A DNA stretch of 64,000 nucleotides from an uncultured Chloroflexia bacterium. GTDB lineage: Bacteria; Chloroflexota; UBA6077; JACCZL01. Of the stretch, positions 60,392 through 64,000 are shown piece after piece. Under the pieces are notes generated by a model. That model made no database searches and was not told the origin of the DNA. It saw only the letters and a list, made by a program, of their open reading frames with translations. The stretch lies in contig CAVXYC010000023.1 in assembly GCA_963765765.1 (NCBI GenBank), positions 192,001-256,000 on the forward strand, written 5' to 3'. Each line of letters begins with the position of its first letter. The first letter of the stretch is position 1. The translations under genes were made by a program, and so were the position numbers.

Positions 60392-61447
60392 GTGCAAACC
60401 AGTTCATCGAGTGGGATCTCCGCTGGAAATGGGCACGTAGGCGAGCAGGCGTCTGTCGTCGACTCGCGTCACCGACGGCTCGGGCTCTCCGATGACGACA
60501 TCGTTACGATGTATCGGCAGATGATGCTGGCGCGGAAGATGAGTGAGCGCTGGTCGGGCCTGGCGGTGCAGGGCAAGGCTGCTATCGCCATCCCGTGCGA
60601 CGGGCACGAAGCCGCGCAGGTTGGCACCACCTGGGCGCTCCGCAAGACCGACATCTTTTTCCCCTATTACCGCAGCACGGCCGCGGTGCTCGCGCGGGGA
60701 ATGACACCCGCGGAAATGTTTCTGGACATCTTCGCTCGTCGTGATGGACCAAGCTCCGGAGGCCGGCAGATGCCCGGGCACTGGACGAGTCCGAGCTTGC
60801 GCATGCTGACATCCGGTAGCTCGGTGGGAACCAAGATTCCGCATGCCGTGGGCGCCGCGTTAGCGACGAAGCTGCGGCGCGAGGATGATGTAACGGTCGT
60901 CTATTTTGGCGAGGGCGCGAGCAGCAAGGGCGATTTTCACGAAGGACTTAACTTTGCTGGGATCCATCACCTTCCGGTCATCTTCGTGTGCGAGAACAAT
61001 CGCTATGCGATCTCAGTGCCCTTTGAGCTGCAATCAGCGGTGCCAAGCGTGGCTGGCCGAGGCGCAAGCTACAACATCCCGGGTTTGCCGATTGACGGCA
61101 TGGACATTCTGACCGTCTACGAAACCATGAAAGAAGCGGTAGACCGAGCGCGTGGTCACCGTGGGCCTACACTCATCGAATGCCGTGTCTACCGATTCGG
61201 TTTTCACACGAGCCACGTGGGGCGTGAAGACTTCCGAACCAAGGAAGAGATCCAGGCTGCCCGTGCGCGTGATCCCCTGCCACGTTGCAAGGCCTATCTC
61301 GAGAGCGTTGGTCTGTGGGACGATCACCGCGAGGAGGCGTACTTGAAGGAGGTCAAGTTAGAGCTTGACGCTGCCGTGGATGCGGCGGAGGCGGCGCCTG
61401 TTCCGGATGCCGCGGCTGCGCTCGATCACATCACAGGTTCGGTGTAG
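60392..61447 (+). CDS. TPP-dependent 2-oxoacid dehydrogenase E1 alpha subunit (BkdA-like)
   Basis: GHEAAQVG, PYYR, GRQMPGH, FGEGASSKGDFHEGLNFA, ENNRYAIS, YRFGFHT. Confidence 0.92.
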   Translation: MQTSSSSGISAGNGHVGEQASVVDSRHRRLGLSDDDIVTMYRQMMLARKMSERWSGLAVQGKAAIAIPCDGHEAAQVGTTWALRKTDIFFPYYRSTAAVLARGMTPAEMFLDIFARRDGPSSGGRQMPGHWTSPSLRMLTSGSSVGTKIPHAVGAALATKLRREDDVTVVYFGEGASSKGDFHEGLNFAGIHHLPVIFVCENNRYAISVPFELQSAVPSVAGRGASYNIPGLPIDGMDILTVYETMKEAVDRARGHRGPTLIECRVYRFGFHTSHVGREDFRTKEEIQAARARDPLPRCKAYLESVGLWDDHREEAYLKEVKLELDAAVDAAEAAPVPDAAAALDHITGSV

Positions 61448-61489
61448 TGCCCCTGGCGCAATCACCGGTCGCGATGGAAAGTTGCCCTG

Positions 61490-61582
61490 CTACGCTGGAT
61501 CCTCAACTGTAATTCCCTCTTCCTGCATCACTTCTTCCGGGATCTCGGTCATTTCGAGAACTTCTTCAGTTTCCTGAGTCAT
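61490..61582 (-). CDS. Putative 30-aa hyper-acidic micropeptide
   Basis: MTQETEEVLEMTEIPEEVMQEEGITVEDPA*; purine-rich AGAAGGGCAGG upstream. Confidence 0.4.
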   Translation of the reverse strand: MTQETEEVLEMTEIPEEVMQEEGITVEDPA

Positions 61583-61940
61583 TGGTATGCCTGCCCTTCT
61601 GGGTGATGAGACGGAGAATACGGCTCAAGGTTGCATCGATTAAACCCCCTCATGCTGTTCAAGCACCGTCTGGCGCAGCGCCGATACCGTCTGGCGATCA
61701 TTTCAGACCATCTGGCGATGTACAGAAGCGTTCCGTAACTCGGCAACGTACCATATGAGTGTTCAGCAGCGTGCTGAGCAAGACCCTCTCTAGACCCCCA
61801 CCCCCTCCAAGAGCGCGGGCCGAGTTCGCAAGAACTCGGCCCTTGCGCTTTTCTGTCCACCAAATCTCCCCGATTTGACTACCGGGTGTCTGTGCCGCCT
61901 CGATATACTGGGTCGTTACGCATCGGCCAGGGGGTAGGTC

Positions 61941-63032
61941 ATGCCGCAGACGATCCGCGTTGCCAGCTTCAACACCGAGAATCTCTTCAGTCGGGCCAAG
62001 GTGCTCAACTTCCCGGATGACGCGGAGATTTCCACAGAGCTCGAGAAGATTCGCGAGCTCGATAGTCTGCTGCGTAAGTCCGTCTACGATGCCGCTATCA
62101 AGAAGCGAATCATCGTCCTCTACGGCGAGCTGAGGACGTTTATCGAAATTCGCGAGAATCGCGGTCGCTTGTTCAGCAGCCGTCAATTCAACCCCGCGAC
62201 CACCCGGGTTGTAGCGCGCGGCGCGGCGGAATGGGACGGGGAGATCTGTTTCAAGCGCGCCGAGTTCTCAGAGCTTACCCGTGAGAACACAGCGCGCGTG
62301 CTGAAGGAGATCAAACCCAACGTGCTTTGCCTCGTTGAGGTTGAGAACCGCGAGAGTCTCCTCGCGTTCAATCGCGCCCTGCTCGGCACTCGCAAACTGA
62401 AATACGGCATGTCCATTGACGGAAATGACGATCGTGGAATCGATGTGGCCGTGTTGACAAACTTTCCGATCGTGAGACTCAAGACCCACGTGTACGATGG
62501 AACGGCGACTTCACCGACGTTCAGTCGCGATTGTCTTGAAGTCGCCATGCAATTGCCAGATGGTCGCTTGCTGCACATCCTCTGTAATCATTTCAAGAGC
62601 AAGTCCGGCGGCGATGCGGCCACCGACCCCAAGCGTACGAAGCAGGCGACCCGAGTGAAGGAGATTCTCGACGAGTACGACCTTGCCAACGATCTCGTGA
62701 TCGTCGCCGGGGACTTCAACGACATGCCCACCCGGCCGCCGCTTCAGCCACTACTGACGATGCCTCTGCTGCACGATGTGCTAGCCCTGCAGTTTCCCAC
62801 TGACCTGGCGGCGCGATGGACCCACCACTTTGACTCCGAGGTCTCGCAGCTCGACTACATTCTCGTCTCGGAGCCACTCAAGAACGCGTTGGTGAAAGCT
62901 GGCGTCGAGCGACGCGGGATCTTTGGTCTCAAAGCCCTCACCAACGGCGCTCAGGATTCCTTCCCAACCGTGACTAGCGAGGCGAATAGCGCCTCGGATC
63001 ACGGAGCGGTGTGGGCTGAGTTTTCGGTGTGA
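61941..63032 (+). CDS. Endonuclease/exonuclease/phosphatase family protein
   Basis: VASFNTENLF, LVEVEN, GNDDRGIDVA, FSRDCLEV, NHFKS, AGDFND, LDYI, SDH. Confidence 0.92.
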   Translation: MPQTIRVASFNTENLFSRAKVLNFPDDAEISTELEKIRELDSLLRKSVYDAAIKKRIIVLYGELRTFIEIRENRGRLFSSRQFNPATTRVVARGAAEWDGEICFKRAEFSELTRENTARVLKEIKPNVLCLVEVENRESLLAFNRALLGTRKLKYGMSIDGNDDRGIDVAVLTNFPIVRLKTHVYDGTATSPTFSRDCLEVAMQLPDGRLLHILCNHFKSKSGGDAATDPKRTKQATRVKEILDEYDLANDLVIVAGDFNDMPTRPPLQPLLTMPLLHDVLALQFPTDLAARWTHHFDSEVSQLDYILVSEPLKNALVKAGVERRGIFGLKALTNGAQDSFPTVTSEANSASDHGAVWAEFSV

Positions 63033-63257
63033 GAAGACGAGAGGCGGTCAGAGGTCAAGGAGTGGTTCCGAAGTCCGCGTCCATCACTGACCTCTACCCG
63101 GATTATTCACCGGAGTTCGGAGCAGGCGAAATTGTCGAAACTGCTCCTTGCGGCAACCCGCATCACAACGCAACAGCGGCACAGGAAGCTGCTCCGAACC
63201 GCTATTGCGAGTCGGTCTCATTACCGGTGAATAATCCGGGCTAGCCCTCTCGTCCAC

Positions 63258-64000
63258 TCAGCCCCAGGGGCCCAGAAACGGCTCGCCCATATAGGTGTCT
63301 GAGCGAGCCTCAATGGCCTTTGGCCAGTCGGCAATGCTTCCTTCACGGCGGAGCTGGCGCGCCCGTGGTTGTCCGTCCCAGCCGATCTGATCCATACCGT
63401 AGAACAGCTCGATCGCATGACCCTCGGGATCGATCGCGAATGCCGAGTAGTCGATGCCCAGGCTCAGCTCCGGCGGTAGCTCCACGATACGAACGCCGCG
63501 ATCCCGCAGGAACTGAATTCCTTCGCGAAGCTGTCGATAGTTGGCAACCTGGACCCCGAACGACATGCACGACGAGTGCTCACTGAGTCCGAGGGATGTG
63601 CGGAGCTGTTTTGGATAGAGCGCCAGAGAATGATGCTCTGTATTGCTCCGCAGAAATGTACAGCGCTGCCCGTCATAATCAATTTCTTCAGTCAATGTGA
63701 AGCCGAGCACCCGCTGATAGAAGTCGGTCGATCGACCAACGTCAGTCACGAAGAGACGCACGGGGCCAATGCGGACGATTTTGAACGGCCGTGGTAACAG
63801 CACGCCGTCCACGTCATACGTCGCTTCCAGAGCGTCCACGTAGCGGTAGCCTGAGAGCGGATCGACCCCCTCGGAGAGTGCCTGCTGGACTTCGTCGAAC
63901 TCCGCCATCTGTGGTAGGACGGGCTTTTCACGGAACCCGCGGCCATACATCGACCTCGGCTTACTTACACCGTCCCAGCCTACCTGCTCCATCCCATAGA
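63258..64000 (-). CDS. VOC family extradiol dioxygenase-like protein, 5' end outside the window
   Basis: FYQRVLGF, FLRSNTEHHSLAL, DPEGHAIELF; duplicated MEQVGWDG / MDQIGWDG halves. Confidence 0.88.
   Translation of the reverse strand, partial: YGMEQVGWDGVSKPRSMYGRGFREKPVLPQMAEFDEVQQALSEGVDPLSGYRYVDALEATYDVDGVLLPRPFKIVRIGPVRLFVTDVGRSTDFYQRVLGFTLTEEIDYDGQRCTFLRSNTEHHSLALYPKQLRTSLGLSEHSSCMSFGVQVANYRQLREGIQFLRDRGVRIVELPPELSLGIDYSAFAIDPEGHAIELFYGMDQIGWDGQPRARQLRREGSIADWPKAIEARSDTYMGEPFLGPWG

Noticed and set aside
1-64000. CRISPR array, tRNA, rRNA, IS transposase or integrase
   Set aside because: No regularly spaced repeats, cloverleaf, rRNA-like sequence or DDE/tyrosine recombinase ORF was seen.

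Overview
A GC-rich bacterial window whose gene content suggests Chloroflexota (inference). No rRNA, tRNA, CRISPR array or intact transposase was seen. At least a dozen recognisable genes are broken by single-base frameshifts, so the assembly probably contains long-read indel errors and many 'split' genes may be intact. From left to right: a partial SPPY DNA methyltransferase and a GHKL-ATPase/HExxH protein; a chromate-resistance operon (split ChrB, two DUF378 genes, ChrA, Cj0069-type ATP-grasp); a CDF/CtaG metal cluster; housekeeping and catabolic genes (LysM-C39, Nudix, S41, cyclase-STAND, amidohydrolase, VTC, YceI, PrpD, Xth); a copper cluster (CutF/CruR-like leader, His helical protein, CopC, CopC-CopD-cytochrome c, Lgt); Rieske oxygenase, TolB-like and ABC substrate-binding genes; an accessory block (DyP, unknown ORF, degenerate cyclase-BTAD-AAA-TPR, ECF sigma factor); then MFS, hydrolase, E1-alpha, EEP nuclease and VOC genes. 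The standout is an operon at 53194-57746 (-). A Bell-like small helical protein and the next gene share a 22-aa amyloid-signalling-like motif (13/22 identical). That partner has no NLR ATPase and reads as motif + catalytically dead CHAT + transmembrane helix + TPR, followed by a secreted protein. This is a candidate membrane-receptor version of bacterial amyloid signalling.
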